64,000 nucleotides of DNA from the NCBI GenBank assembly GCA_951406725.2, contig OX597814.1:28644001-28708000 (forward strand), read 5' to 3'. How positions within the stretch are numbered: the first letter of the stretch is position 1; every line of letters begins with the position of its first letter. Below, in pieces: positions 24,813 through 38,600 of this stretch. Both the position numbers and the translations under genes were made by a program. Under the pieces are notes generated by a model, which saw only the letters and a list, made by a program, of their open reading frames with translations, did not search any database and was not told the origin of the DNA. The DNA comes from Octopus vulgaris (Eukaryota).

Positions 24813-25429
24813 CATATAAGTATATTTGTATATATATATATATACGTATATATGTATGCAAGCATGTATGTATGCACGCATTTATGTATACTCACACGTA
24901 CAAAACACCTACTTACGGTTAAATTCCTGAAATTCAAACAATATCTATTACATAAAATACATACACACACACACATACATACATATATATTTATCTTTTA
25001 CCATTTAGTGAAAGTGGGGCGGGCAACATTGAATTTTTACAAGGCCTCCGAGAATGGAAAGAGGAAGTTATCTTCAAACCAGAGAGACCTGGTACCAATG
25101 CTTCATCTAAGAAGCAAGTAGTAGAGTTAACCAGGAAGAGCGATTAAATCTACGATCCATAAATCGCTGAGACGAATCAAATACAGCATGGCATCTTATC
25201 CGACGTTCCAGCAATTTTGCAAATGATGGGTTGGTATTTTATTTCGTCGACTCCGAAAGGATGACTGACATTCTGAAGTTAGTGCTTAAAACTAACTTAT
25301 CTGCCAGTTCGCTAATTTCTCTCTCCAAGTCTGTCTAACTATCTATCTACCTCAGTGTGTGTGTGTGTGTGTGGAGGGAGATATACGGAGATGTGGTAGG
25401 TCTATGCATGTATTTATGTATATCTAGAT

Positions 25430-26310
25430 GCAAATATCTGGCCGCCATTCTGGATGAAGGAGGGATACAGGCTGCCCGACATCCACAGATCTCTATCGGT
25501 TGTTTACGGGATAACACTACTGACATGAGCAATGTGCACAGATGGATGAAGACGTGTAAAGAAAGGAGAATCATCAACTGCGACCACTGACACAAGTCGC
25601 CAGCTAGTGAACGAGTAGATTTGCACCGACAGACAAGTTGCAATCTGTTTGCTTGCTGCATAAAAGACTCTGGTCCCAATACGTGGCAAAAGATGGCGTA
25701 AAAATATCGGAAAGTGTGTGAAAAGTTAGCACCGCGATAGCTGACTCCCGATTCGAAAGAAAGAAGGGTAGAAGTCTGCTTTTATCTGATTGAAACGCTT
25801 GAAGTTAATGAAGACAAGATCCAGGAACGAAGTCTTCGTCCATGGAATGGCATTACACCTCATGTCCAACACTTGAGAAGTTCAAAAGTTACGATGATTG
25901 ATTTGGAGTATAATTCTCCCTGAATTTTTGAAATTTGTCTGAACCATGAACAGCGAGTGGTATATTAAAACACACAGAAGTTCTAGAGAAGTCATCAGAG
26001 GGAAATGGCCGAATACGTAACATGTCAATACAGAACCCTACACATTTTTGACAACAAATCAGAGAATCGGAAAATTGCGCCGGTAACTGGTCAGACATCT
26101 ACCGTACAGCTGGGACCTGGCGACTTCCGACTTCTACATATACGATCCAATGAAGGAGAATTTTGGGGACAACGGTTTGATGACACAGACAAGATGAAAG
26201 TAACTGTGAAGAAGTACCTACAAGAATGCACGGCGAGTTTTGAGAAATCGGTTAAACGAGGGCGAAAAAATATCGCTCATGCATATTGGGTAGTACTTTG
26301 AAGAGACGAA
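25430..26310 (+). mobile_element. Highly decayed mariner transposase remnant
   Basis: VYGDNT..MSNV.RW-like N-terminal segment and a C-terminal segment (GQRFDDTDKMKVTVKKYL...EKSVKR) resembling mariner. Confidence 0.55.
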
Positions 26311-26432
26311 ACGTTACTCTATGAACGTGTATGATTTAAGCAACATATGTCAGCTAATAACAAAATTATGCCTACTTTGGCATTACTTCCGTTATAATAC
26401 ACATGTATATATTATATATAAACATGAACTGT

Positions 26433-26504
<72 letters not shown>

Positions 26505-26530
26505 ATATATGTATGTATATATGCGGAGGT

Positions 26531-26782
26531 TACACACCACCATCGGTTGTCAAGCGATGGTGGAAGGACAAACACTGACATACACACAAATATATACATA
26601 TATATATGTACGAAGGGCTTCTTTCAGTTTCCGTCTACCAAATCCACTCATAAGGCTTTGGTCGGCCCAAGGCTATAGTACAGGACACTTGCCCAAGGTG
26701 CCACATAGTGGCACTGAACCCGGAACCATGTGGTTGTGTGGCTGGCAAGCAATCTTCTTACTACACAGCCACTCCTACACCT
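26531..26782 (-). mobile_element. CORE-type SINE, 5' part
   Basis: Matches the family consensus. Confidence 0.85.
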
Positions 26783-26855
26783 ATGGTGTGTATATATATA
26801 CACATACATGCATTCGTATATATATATATATATAGATATATATATATATATATAT

Positions 26856-27202
26856 ATCAAAAATAAGGGTGAAAAAATTGGATATTAATTTAATAATAAC
26901 ATCAATTCAACACCAAGTGGTTTAGCGCATAAAAACCAGGGATACAGTAAAAATTAATACACGAATATAAGAGAGTGTCCACTATGTGGTCGACTCTGGC
27001 GCTAAAAATAGATCCGCTATGGTCTCAACCACCAAGAATTGTTTCCAAGGAGAATTAGCACAACTATGAACGTAAACGAGCAGGATAAATGAAAAATAAC
27101 AAAAATTTTAGTGTATCCCTGGTTTTTATACACTAAACCACTTGGTGTTAAATTGATGTTATTATTAAATTAATATCCAATTTTTTCACCCTTATTTTTG
27201 AT
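26856..27202. repeat. Inverted repeat with about 100-bp arms and about 150-bp spacer, next to (TA)n
   Basis: ATCAAAAATAAGGGTG...GGGATACAGTAAAAATT vs its reverse complement at 27103-27202; few mismatches. Confidence 0.9.
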
Positions 27203-27315
27203 TTTAATTATACTGCAGTACATTTTGGCGCGCTACAACGAAGGCATTCGAATCATAACTGCGAATATAATAGACTGAACCACACGTGTGTTTGACGTTA
27301 TGTTAAAATCTGGGA

Positions 27316-27455
27316 TCACCACCTCCTGCCGGAGCCTCGTGGAGCTATTTAGGTGTTTTCGCTCAATAAACACACACAACGCCCGGTCTGGGAATCGAAA
27401 CCGCGATCCTACGACCGCGAGTCCGCTGCCCTAACCACTGGGTCATTGCGCTTCC
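27316..27455 (-). mobile_element. tRNA-Arg-like SINE (family 2), 5' part
   Basis: Matches 24065-24204. Confidence 0.88.
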
Positions 27456-27571
27456 ACATATATATATATATATATATATCTGCATGTATTCTTCTTTATT
27501 CTTTTACTTGTTTCAGTAATTTGACTGCTGCCATGCTGGGGCACCACCTTTAGTCGAAAAAATCGACCCCA

Positions 27572-28286
27572 GTTGAAGAATTGGCAATAAAGCTTAGTTC
27601 AAACCATACAACTGTTCATCATCATCTTCAACAACTTGGAAAGGTTCCTAAACTTGGAAAATGGGTGCCTCATGAATTGTTCAAAAGCAACCGCAAATCC
27701 TGAGTTGACATTTGCTCTTCTCTCCATTCTCGCGGACTCATTTCACCCTTTTTAGATAGACTTGTGACTGGTGACGAAAACTGGATCTTCTATCGAATTG
27801 TTAAATGTCGTAAACAGTGGCTAGGTAAAAGGGAAAAAAACTCAACCATAACCGAGAAGGGAACTTCTCTATCTGGTGGGATTGCAAAGGAGTAATTCAC
27901 TTTGAATTGTTACCACCTAATGCAACAATCAATGCTCAAGTCTACTGTCAGCAATTAGAGCGTTTGAACCAAGCTTTGAATACAAAAAGACACGCTTCAG
28001 TGAATCGAAAAGGAGTGATGTTTCATCAGGGCAATGCGCGACCCCACACATTACAGATGATCGAAGAGCTTTTTTGGGAAAAAATTCCTCATCCACCTTA
28101 TTCTCCCGACCTTGCTCCTTCAGACTATCATTTGTTTCGTAGTGTACAGAACCATTTGGGGGACATAACTTTTGCAAGCCAGGAGGAGGTCAAAACTGAC
28201 ATTTCAGAGTACTTCGCTTTGAAACCAAAAGTTTTACATTGATGGGTTAAAAAGCTTGTAAATAGAAGGAAGGAAGTCATAGATAA
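27572..28286 (+). mobile_element. Mariner (DD34D-type) transposase fragment
   Basis: WVPHEL, VTGDENW, HQGNARPH and HPPYSPDLAPSDYHLF motifs; frameshifted; no TIRs. Confidence 0.9.
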
Positions 28287-28450
28287 CCGATGTTGGCGTA
28301 TTTTCGTCCCCGAAACTTAGCAGTTCGGCAAAAGGAACCGATAGAATAAGTACTAGGCTTACAAAGAATAAGTCCAGAAATTGATTTGCTCGAGTAAAGG
28401 CGGTGCTCTAGCACGGCAGCAGTCAAATGGTTGAAACAAATAAAAGAATA
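28287..28450 (+). mobile_element. CORE-type SINE, 3' part
   Basis: GTTCGGCAAAAGGAACCGATAGAATAAGTACT...GAAACAAATAAAAGAATA. Confidence 0.8.
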
Positions 28451-28516
28451 CAGTTTTGCAGAGAAAATTTTAAGCCAACCCTTCATACTTAAGTCACTAA
28501 CTAATCCAAAATCTGC

Positions 28517-28573
<57 letters not shown>

Positions 28574-28759
28574 GGTATATTTTTATGTATGAGTGTGAGC
28601 AGAAGTGTTTGTTGATACAGGTGCCTGTGTATATGTGAGTATGTGAGAATGTGTGTCCGTCTTGGTATGTGTAATAGTAGGCCATAAAACAGAACAAACC
28701 GATGTTCTTACATAAGCAAACCACCACAAACAGTTATCTACGTGTGCAGACATTTGATG

Positions 28760-28933
28760 GAAATGCTGGTGGTGGTGGTGGTGGTGGTGGGGTTATTAGA
28801 GGTGCCGGGTGAGATAAACAGGTTAGTGCAAGCAAGCAATGGTAATAATAGTAGTTGTTGTAGTAGCGGTGGTGTTGTGGTGGTGGTGGTGGTGGTGGTG
28901 CTGCTGCTGCTTCTGCAACTACTACTACTACTC

Positions 28934-28992
<59 letters not shown>

Positions 28993-29050
28993 ACTACTAC
29001 TACTTCTACTCCTCCTCCTCCTCCTACTACTACTACTGCTGCTGCTGCTG

Positions 29051-29087
<37 letters not shown>

Positions 29088-29287
29088 CATCACCACCATC
29101 ACCACTACAACGACGAGTACTACGATCATCACCGCTCTACCACAACAATCACCACCTCAACCACCAACAACACTACTAACACCCGTACCACCACAACCAC
29201 CACTACCACAACTACTACTACTACTACCGCTTCTCCGACATATATTGTGCTCATATAGTTGTAGTAGTAGTAGTAGTATTAGTTATG

Positions 29288-29342
<55 letters not shown>

Positions 29343-29400
29343 GTGTTGTTGTAGTTGTTGTTGGAGCAGCAGCAGCAGCTGCAGCAGTTGTGCAGGTAAG
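28760..29400. repeat. Compound trinucleotide tracts (GGT, CTG, CTA, CCA, TAG)
   Basis: Direct reading. Confidence 0.9.
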
Positions 29401-29703
29401 TAGTTGAATCAGACAGAATGTAGGGTAGTGTGGGGTAGATGAGGTTGAAAAAGAAGGTGTGAAGGTTAAAGGGAGGGAAGAAGGGAAAAAGACAACAAAA
29501 AAAAAACAGTAAGGAAGTAAGGAGAAGAGCATGAGAGACAGATAGACAGAGAGCCAGTCCAGCCCCGCCAGCCCGTCGAAACCTCCTAACCAACTAGCCA
29601 GCCAGCCAACTATCCAACCAGCTATATATATATATATATATTGGTAGACATAGTTAAGATGAGAAACTATATTCAGGTGAACAGGTGTATTCCCCCACCT
29701 ACT

Positions 29704-30000
29704 GTATGTATGTATGTATGTATGTATGTGTGTGTGTGTGTATGTATTTATGTATGTATTTATGTATGTATGTATGTATGTATGTATGTATGTATGTATG
29801 TATGTATGTATGTATGTATGTATGTATGTATGTATGTATGTATGTATGTATGTATGTATGTATGTATGTACGTATGTATGTATGTACGCATGCATGTATG
29901 TATGTATGTACGTACGTATGCATGTATGTATGTATGTATGTATGTATGTATGTATGTATGTATGTACGTACGTATGTATGTATGTACGTATGTATGTATG

Positions 30001-30034
<34 letters not shown>

Positions 30035-30140
30035 TGTATGTACGTATGTATGTACGTATGTATGTATGTACGTATGTATGTATGTATGTATGTATGTATG
30101 TATGTACGTATGTACGTATGTATGTACGTATGCATGTATA
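29704..30140. repeat. (TATG)n tetranucleotide tract with TACG variants
   Basis: Direct reading. Confidence 0.97.
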
Positions 30141-30386
30141 CATGTATGTGTATATCTAGTTAAGTATGTATGTATCTATGTTTGTATGTATATATGTATG
30201 TATGTACTTATGTATCTGCATGTTTGTAGGTATGTATTTACGTATGTGCATGTATGTTGTATATTATGCCTGTGTGTCAGTTAAGATTTAATGAGCATGT
30301 ATATACATTTGTATATGAGCGTATATAAATGTGCTACATTTATATTTATATGTATACGTGTGCGTGAGAGTATATACTTGTATTCA

Positions 30387-30457
<71 letters not shown>

Positions 30458-30550
30458 AGACAGACAGACAGAGATATGAAGGTGGGTGCATAAATGCATG
30501 TGCGTCTGTATATGTGTGCGCGTATATCTATATATGTACCTACATGTGTG

Positions 30551-30596
<46 letters not shown>

Positions 30597-30603
30597 GATA
30601 TAG

Positions 30604-30644
<41 letters not shown>

Positions 30645-30651
30645 GTGTGTA

Positions 30652-30921
30652 GAGGCGCAATGGCCCAGTGGTTAGGGCAGCGGACTCGCGGTCGTAGGAT
30701 CGCGGTTTCGATTCCCAGATCGGGCGTTGTGTGTGTTTATTGAGCGAAAACACCTAAAAAGCTCCACGAGGTTCCGGCAGGGGGGTGGTGATCCTTGCTG
30801 TACTCTTTCACTACTCTTTCTCTCACTCTTTCTTCTGTTGACCTGGCGTCATTCGAAGGCTAAAACAATGCGAACGCATTGTGACCAGCGATGTGTAGCA
30901 ACATCTGGTCGGTCACGTGAT

Positions 30922-30929
<8 letters not shown>
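30652..30929 (+). mobile_element. Family-2 SINE head with an alternative 3' end
   Basis: Matches family 2 to about 30835, then an unrelated tail ending GGTCACGTGATCACGTGAT. Confidence 0.75.
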
Positions 30930-30958
<29 letters not shown>

Positions 30959-31152
30959 ATATACGTATATATGTATATTTATGTATGTATTTATATACGT
31001 AAGGATGTGTCTATGGCATAGGAATATATGTTCATCTACATATATATGTGCATATATATATATATATATGTTTATGAGTGTTTATATATATGCGTGTGTT
31101 TGTGCCTGTGCTTGCACTTGTGATAGTATGTACAAATGCGAATGCACATATG

Positions 31153-32424
31153 CAGAGGTGCGGTGAATAAATTAAATTATGCAAAAATGAAAATAACACT
31201 CTCTTTACTCTTTTACTTGTTTCAGTCATTTGACTGCGGCCATGCTGGAGCACCGCCTTTAGTCGAGCAAATCGACCCCCAGGACATATTCTTTGGAAGC
31301 CCAGTACTTATTCTATCGGTCTCTTTTGCCGAACCGCTAAGTGACGGGGACGTAAACACACCAGCATCGGTTGTCAAGCAATGCTAGGGGGACAAACACA
31401 GACACACAAACATATACACACACATACATATATATGACAAGCTTCTTTCAGTTTCCGTCTACCAAATCCACTCACAAGGCATTGGTCGGCCCGAGGCTAT
31501 AGCAGAAGACACTTGCCCAAGGTGCCACGCAGTGGGACTGAACCCGGAACCATGTGGTTGGTACGCAAGCTACTTACCACACAGCCACTCCTGACATCTT
31601 ATTTTAACAGATATAGTTACCAAAATTACATAAAAATATCTTGAAATACTAAAGAGTAAATTTATTCAATAAAATCGCCATTGGTTTCAACCACGGCCTC
31701 CAGACGACTTCGGAATCTCCTGGACGGTCTCCGTGTTTAAGTTGGTGAATGCTACAATAATCCTTGCCTTCAGTTCATCTTTGGTGTGTTACAAGGAGGT
31801 TTGTTGGTGTTTCGTTCAACTGTGTCCCACACCTAATAATCAAGGGCGTTGCAATCTGGGAACTTAGGTGATCAGATGTTAGGGGTGACGTGGTCACAGA
31901 AATTGTCTGAGAGCCATGACTAGGTTCTCCTGCTTGTGTGGCATGGTGCAGAGTCCTGTTGCCAGACATAGGGTCTTCCGGCAACCACCCTCTTCACCCA
32001 GGGCAGCACTATCTTCTCCAGGTACTTAATGTAGGCATCCGTGTTGAGGCCGTGTGAGGCCGTGTGGGAAGATGAATGGCGGCATAACGTCGCCATCACT
32101 AGTGATCACTACAAACACCATGATGTTGATCGGATGTTTGATTTTTATCACTCTCATTACATGTCCTCAGTTTGCACTATTCTCAGTTTGACACCCAAAC
32201 ACTCTGAAATGTTCATATCGGTGCTTCCGGCGCGAATGCGAAGCATTACAGCATCTCGTTTCTAAATTAAATTTCTTGTAGAGTAAATTACGTCGTGGTT
32301 TTTTTTTTTCACAGACGGTGTCCAACTGACCCTACTATACTGTGTAATCGACAAAATCAAAAATAAAAATGCGCATGTGCAAAATTGAAAATATAACAAG
32401 CGACAATTTACCCATCGCACCATG
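31153..32424 (-). mobile_element. DD37D (maT-type) transposon interrupted by a SINE
   Basis: Hand count from QQD to (A)LD gives 37 intervening codons; AATAACACT|GACATC is split by the SINE. Confidence 0.88.
31201..31593 (-). mobile_element. CORE-type SINE nested in the maT element
   Basis: Matches the family consensus. Confidence 0.92.
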
Positions 32425-32472
32425 TATATGTATGTATGTGTATGCATAGACATATAGATGTATTTCTATACA

Positions 32473-32512
<40 letters not shown>

Positions 32513-32632
32513 TAAATTAGAGATAAAACCACTATTAGGCAAATCATACAATGAAAAACTCAAGCCAATACATAAGATTAATTAATTTATATTATTTTAA
32601 ATACATATCAAAATTATTAAAAAAAGATAATT

Positions 32633-32686
<54 letters not shown>

Positions 32687-33318
32687 TGTATGTATGTATG
32701 TATGTATGTATGTATGTATATATGTGTACGCGAGAGTATTGTGTTGTATGTATGTATTGAGTGCGTGTATATGTGCATATGTCAGTGTGTGTGTGCGTGT
32801 GTGCATGTGTGTGTGAGTGTGAATGTGTGTACAATGGGTTAGATCTTATATTGAGAAGACAACAATAACAAAAGCAACTCCCAATCAGGTTATTTAGAAG
32901 TCACGTTCCACAAGTGGTTTTTTTCTTATTCTTCTTTTAGCTTTTGTCGGAGCTGAGATTTTTTTTTTTTTCCCCTGACCTTCTACGTCAGACCACCGCC
33001 GCCGCCACCACCAACACCACCGCTACCACCACGCAACTTCTAGTACCATAACCACCACCAGCACCAACACCACCACCACCACCACCAACACTGCCGCCGC
33101 CGCCGCCGCCATCGCCACCACCACCACCGTCGCCGCCACCGTCACCGTCGTCGTCGCTACCGCCGCCACTGACATTAGTATTACTCCTTTCGTTTACTAT
33201 GCTTTTCCTCTTTCACTTCCTTCTTCGCTCCTCTTGCTTCTATTTCATTGTCCTCTTTCTTCACCTTCCACGTTGTCCATAGATACAACATATATGTAGT
33301 ATATATGTATATAAGGCC

Positions 33319-33362
<44 letters not shown>

Positions 33363-33376
33363 TATATATATATGAG

Positions 33377-33409
<33 letters not shown>

Positions 33410-33471
33410 TTGTGTATATATATATATGAGTATATATATATATATATATATATACTCATATATGTATATAC

Positions 33472-33592
<121 letters not shown>

Positions 33593-33668
33593 CTTATATA
33601 TATAAGTATATATATATATATATATATGAATATATACGTGTGTGTATTGTATATATACATATGTATGT

Positions 33669-33718
<50 letters not shown>

Positions 33719-33824
33719 CACAATCCATGCATATATAAACCCACATATATACCACTATATATATATCATTCTTTCTTTCCTTTTTTTCTCTTTTTATCTT
33801 TTCTTAACCCCTCGCTTTTGCTTT

Positions 33825-33855
33825 GACAACTACTACTACTACCACCACCACCACC

Positions 33856-33902
<47 letters not shown>

Positions 33903-33909
33903 CACAACC

Positions 33910-33968
<59 letters not shown>

Positions 33969-33984
33969 CACCACCACCACCACC

Positions 33985-34039
<55 letters not shown>

Positions 34040-34040
34040 T
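33825..34040. repeat. (CTA)n/(CCA)n compound tract
   Basis: Direct reading. Confidence 0.95.
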
Positions 34041-34337
34041 TTTATCAACCCACATATTTTGTATCTTAATTTATTTTATTTCCACTACCACTATTCTGAA
34101 TTTTTCTTGTTGTTTCTTTTGTTGTTCTCTTCATCCCCCCTCCTCTTTCCCGACTACTTTTTTCTTTATTTCTTCTTCCCCTCTATGTGTGTACGTCTTA
34201 GTGTCTGGAGAGAGAGAGGGCCGCTTCCTTTGCTGGGACAGATGGTTTGATTCGAACCCGACCTTCTAATGGATAAAAAGAAACTGAGAAATGTTCACAA
34301 GCACAGGATAGCTATCTCACTCTGTAATGAGATAAAA

Positions 34338-34517
34338 CAGTGCTCCGCAACCGGTAAGCTGCGACACACTAGTGTGCCATAAAACAATGCTATGTGTGCC
34401 GCAGGTGTAACCTGAATATATATATACTTTCCCCTATACTTCAGTTATATTTGTAGTTCATGTGTGCCGCCGAATTTTGAAAAGTGTATCGCAAGAGAAA
34501 AAAGGTTTCGGGGCCCG
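34338..34517. mobile_element. Possible hAT-type MITE, degenerate
   Basis: CAGTGCTCCGCAACC left end; AAAAGGTTTCGG degenerate right end. Confidence 0.4.
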
Positions 34518-34653
34518 GGGCTAAAAGGAAGTTATTTCTCTAACGTCAGGCTTTTGGCATGTGGGAATGTGTCCAGTGGCTCAAGTTAAGGAGTTTAGGG
34601 CCCTGATTGGGACCAGACCTCAAGATGGATAAAAACTAAGAGCTCAAGTGCAA

Positions 34654-35064
34654 TACTCTTTACTCTTTTACTCTTTTACTTGTTTCAGTCATTTGACTGC
34701 GGCCATGCTGGAGCACCGCCTTTAATCGAGCAACTCGACCCCGGGATTTATTCTTTTGTAAGCCCAGTACTTATTCTATCGGTCTCTTTTGCCGAACAGC
34801 TAAGTAACGGGGACGTAAACACACCAGCATCGGTTGTCAAGCAATGCTAGGGGGACAAACACAGACACACAAATACACACATGCACATACATATATATAC
34901 ATATATACGACGGGCTTCTTTCAGTTTCCGTCTACAAAATCTACTCACAAGGCTTTGGTCGGCCCGAGGCTATAGTAGAAGACACTTGCCCAAGGTGCCA
35001 CGCAGTGGGACTGAACCCATTACCATGTGGTTGGTAGGCAAGCTACTTACCACACAGCCACTCC
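34654..35064 (-). mobile_element. CORE-type SINE
   Basis: Matches the family consensus. Confidence 0.92.
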
Positions 35065-35173
35065 GTGGACAATCTTACTCTAAAATGGACTGAAAGGAAG
35101 CTACGTCTGCAAGATCGAGCATTTGGCACCAAGAGTATTACTAGAGGCCAGTGGATTCGCATGTGTAATATTG

Positions 35174-35405
35174 CCAGGCGCCTAATGTTCTTTTTCACAT
35201 GCTCAATGTAGTCGATGGGAAGTCTGTCTAGGCTTCCTTAGTGGTTAGAGAAGGACATGAGTCACCATGGCCTGTCGTCGACGACATCCTGAACAGGACC
35301 TTCTGAACTAATAAAATAGAACGGCTAGTCTTCTTCTATCTTGTGGCTGTGCTGAAGATATTGCTTGAGAGAAGCTTATAGATTACGAAATTTCATTTTG
35401 AATAT
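35174..35405. repeat. Dispersed 230-bp repeat, copy 1 (copy 2 at 39200-39432)
   Basis: CCAGGCGCCTAATGTTC...CATTTTGAATAT is nearly identical in both places. Confidence 0.9.
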
Positions 35406-35408
35406 CTT

Positions 35409-35490
<82 letters not shown>

Positions 35491-35493
<3 letters not shown>

Positions 35494-35730
35494 TCTCTTT
35501 ACTCTTTACTCTTTTACATGTTTCAGTCATTTGATTGTGGCCATGCTGGAGCACCGCCTTTAGTCGAGCAAATCGACCCCGGGACTTATTCTTTGTAAGC
35601 CCAGTACTTATACTTATTCTATCGGTCTCTTTTGCCGAACCGCTAAGTGACGGGAACATAAACACACCGGCATCGGTTGTCAAGCAATGCTAGGGGGGAC
35701 AAACACAGACACACAAACATATACACACAC

Positions 35731-35773
<43 letters not shown>

Positions 35774-35929
35774 TACGACAGGCTTCTTTCAGTTTCCGTC
35801 TACCAAATCCACTCACAAGGCATTGGTCGACCCGAGGCTATAGCAGAAGACACTTGCTCAAGGTGCCACGCAGTGGGACTGAACCCGGAACCATGTGACT
35901 GGTTAGCAAGCTACTTACCACACAGCCAC
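35491..35929 (-). mobile_element. CORE-type SINE
   Basis: Matches the family consensus. Confidence 0.92.
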
Positions 35930-35953
35930 ATATATATATATATATATATATAT

Positions 35954-35984
<31 letters not shown>

Positions 35985-35986
<2 letters not shown>

Positions 35987-36187
35987 GTTAATCCAAACAT
36001 GAAAACACGAAGAGAAAACACAACAACGCAAGGACGTGGAACAAGTATAGTATTATTGGACGCTCAGGAAAGGAAAGAAAGAAGGAGGATTTAATGTTTC
36101 GAGCAGAGCTCTTCGGCAGAAATATAGAAGGAAAGATCCAAGGAAGGGAAGACGGAGGGAAAAAATCGCCAACGGTACACACGCGGA

Positions 36188-36188
<1 letters not shown>
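35985..36188 (-). mobile_element. Second subfamily of the hammerhead-bearing mini element (core CUGCCGA)
   Basis: rc 36123-36089: ATTT-CTGCCGA-A-GAGC(TCT)GCTC-GAAA-CA-TT-AAAT; shares downstream TTCCTGAGCG with 16336; flanked by TA/TG repeats. Confidence 0.65.
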
Positions 36189-36256
<68 letters not shown>

Positions 36257-36799
36257 TGATGCAAACGGCAAAAATAGAACTGAAAATATGAGTATATGAA
36301 TATTTTTATTAATAATTAGCGGAAGCAACAGAGTGACTCAACGCACGATTCTCTCGGAACTTGAGTCACTTTGTTGCTTCCGCTAAACATTATATATATA
36401 TATATATATAAGAAAAATAAAATGGAGAAATTGATATGCCGACACCAATTTATTGAAACAAATCCAATTTCGAACAATATCAAACTCATAAATCCTACAA
36501 TCGTTTCCATACCCAATTAATTCAAATTAGAAAAATTAAATTAAACATTCATATTGAATGTAGTTAACTGAACATTTCGTCAGGGCTAGAAATTGATAGA
36601 AAAAGGAACTACATCCAATGTGTTGATATATTATTGGTAAACTCAGCATTAAATTCCGATATGAACATAACTCGTGTACATGCAATTTTGCTTTAGTGTA
36701 CCTGTGCGCATGCGTATGTGAATGTGTTGAAAAACAAAGGAGCCATTATGTTGCCTAAACCATATTTTTGATACATTTAATTGTAATTAAAAACAGTTA

Positions 36800-37019
36800 T
36801 AGTAATCCTTCGATTATCGCGAATGTTACGTTCCAAAAACCTCTCGCGATAGGTGAAAATCCGCGAAGTAGAAACAGTACTTTGTATTTTTTTTTTATCA
36901 TTTTCATAATTTGCATATATTTATTTTATTATAAATGCAAAATAACACCACGGATGAATCGACGTAAGCTTAAATAATAACCCGCGATAGGTGAACCACA
37001 ATATGGCGGGGGATTACTT
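36800..37019. mobile_element. pogo/Tigger-type MITE
   Basis: TA-TAGTAATCCTTCGATTATCGCG and GGCGGGGGATTACT termini. Confidence 0.65.
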
Positions 37020-37258
37020 TGTTCCTAATTTTCGTTAATTACTTGTGAGAGTACGAAATGTCAGCAAAGCTTTTAATTACTTAAGAATTATATTGTAAGT
37101 CACTTAGTTAAAACCTCTTGTATTAATAATCAAATAGTAATTTTTATTTTCATGATTTAAAACATAAATCATAGTTATTTCATCTATGTACCACGTGACC
37201 ATGACGAAATTCAGTTTGTTTACATAACACGGTAGCCGTATATTACGTCAGCAAGACT

Positions 37259-37649
37259 TACTCTTTTACTTGTTTCAGTCATTTGACTGCGGCCATGCTG
37301 AAGCACCGCCTTTAGTCGAGCAAATCGACCCCGGGACTTATTCTTTGTAAGCCCAGTACTTATTATATCGGTCTCTTTTGCCGAACCGCTAAGTGACGGG
37401 GACTTAAACACACCAGCATCGGTTGTCAAGCAATGCTAGGGGCACAAACACAGACACACAAACATATACACACATACATATATATATACATATATACGAC
37501 AGGCTTCTTTCAGTTTCCGTCTACCAAATCCACTCACAAGGCATTGGTCGGCCCGAGGTTATAGCAGAAGACACTTGCCCAAGGTGCCACGCAGTGGGAC
37601 TGAACCCGGAACCATGTGGTTGGTAAGCAAGCTACTTACCACACAGCCA
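37259..37649 (-). mobile_element. CORE-type SINE
   Basis: Matches the family consensus. Confidence 0.92.
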
Positions 37650-38209
37650 AATATATAAATATATTTTTTACTTTTTATTATAATGTCCACTAAGAATTAT
37701 TTTTTAAGCTTCTTGGTAATAATTGTTAATATTAACAATTAATTCATTTAATATAATTTAAATCACAAACATATCTAATATTTAGTGCGTACTACGTGAC
37801 GATGACAGATCTAAGCTGTTTAGTATTTACCATATCTGTATACTACGTCATCAAGATTAGTGCACAATATATATTTTTTATTATAATAATAAGAAAAAAA
37901 ATACGTTTGCAATTGAGGAATACATAAACATTTATATAATCAAAATTTAAACCAATTATTTTAATTATAATTTCAATCTTCTACCTATTTATATATTTCT
38001 AGTGTCGTAATATATATCCGTAATTGGATACAACTCACCCAACAAAAACTCACTACTTGAATGGACCACAAACAAAACTTGACTTAAACAGGACTTAGAT
38101 AATCATATCAGGTGGTGCTATTAAGTTAGACATTGCCTGGACACAATCTTTGGTCGAAACATATCTAAGTTTATCTAGATAGTCAATTTATAAGATAGTT
38201 AATTTATAG

Positions 38210-38600
38210 TTTTAGTAACGTTTTCATTGCATTTAATGGTAATTCTTAAATAGATATTTACAAGCATGAACACAGGATAACCCACCCTCCTTTTTGGTGT
38301 TAAAAAGCCTACGTCTAGAAGTTAATATCTGAAACATCTCTTCTCTACAAAGATTACAAATTGTATCTGCAATTTTATAAGCATTGGCGTGACTTAATAT
38401 TTCCCACACTATGCTATAATTTTTATTCTTGTCCTTCAAGTCCCAAATAAATTTGCTACGACTGGTATAAGGCGACTTATTTCTATTATTAAATGCGTAT
38501 TGATGGTTAGCAATACGTTTTTTTAAATATGATTTTCCATTTCACCGATATAAAAATAATTTTTACCTTCGTATTTCACTTTACATCTATATACTAAATC
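38210..38600 (-). mobile_element. Penelope-like GIY-YIG endonuclease remnant
   Basis: DLVYRCKV...YFYIGE...KRIANH...KFIWDLKDKN...WEIL...CNLCREE...CVHACK. Confidence 0.85.

Noticed and set aside
38130-38175. Possible hammerhead near the GIY-YIG remnant (GTCGAAACATATC)
   Set aside because: The CTGANGA half is missing and the motif is antisense to the ORF.
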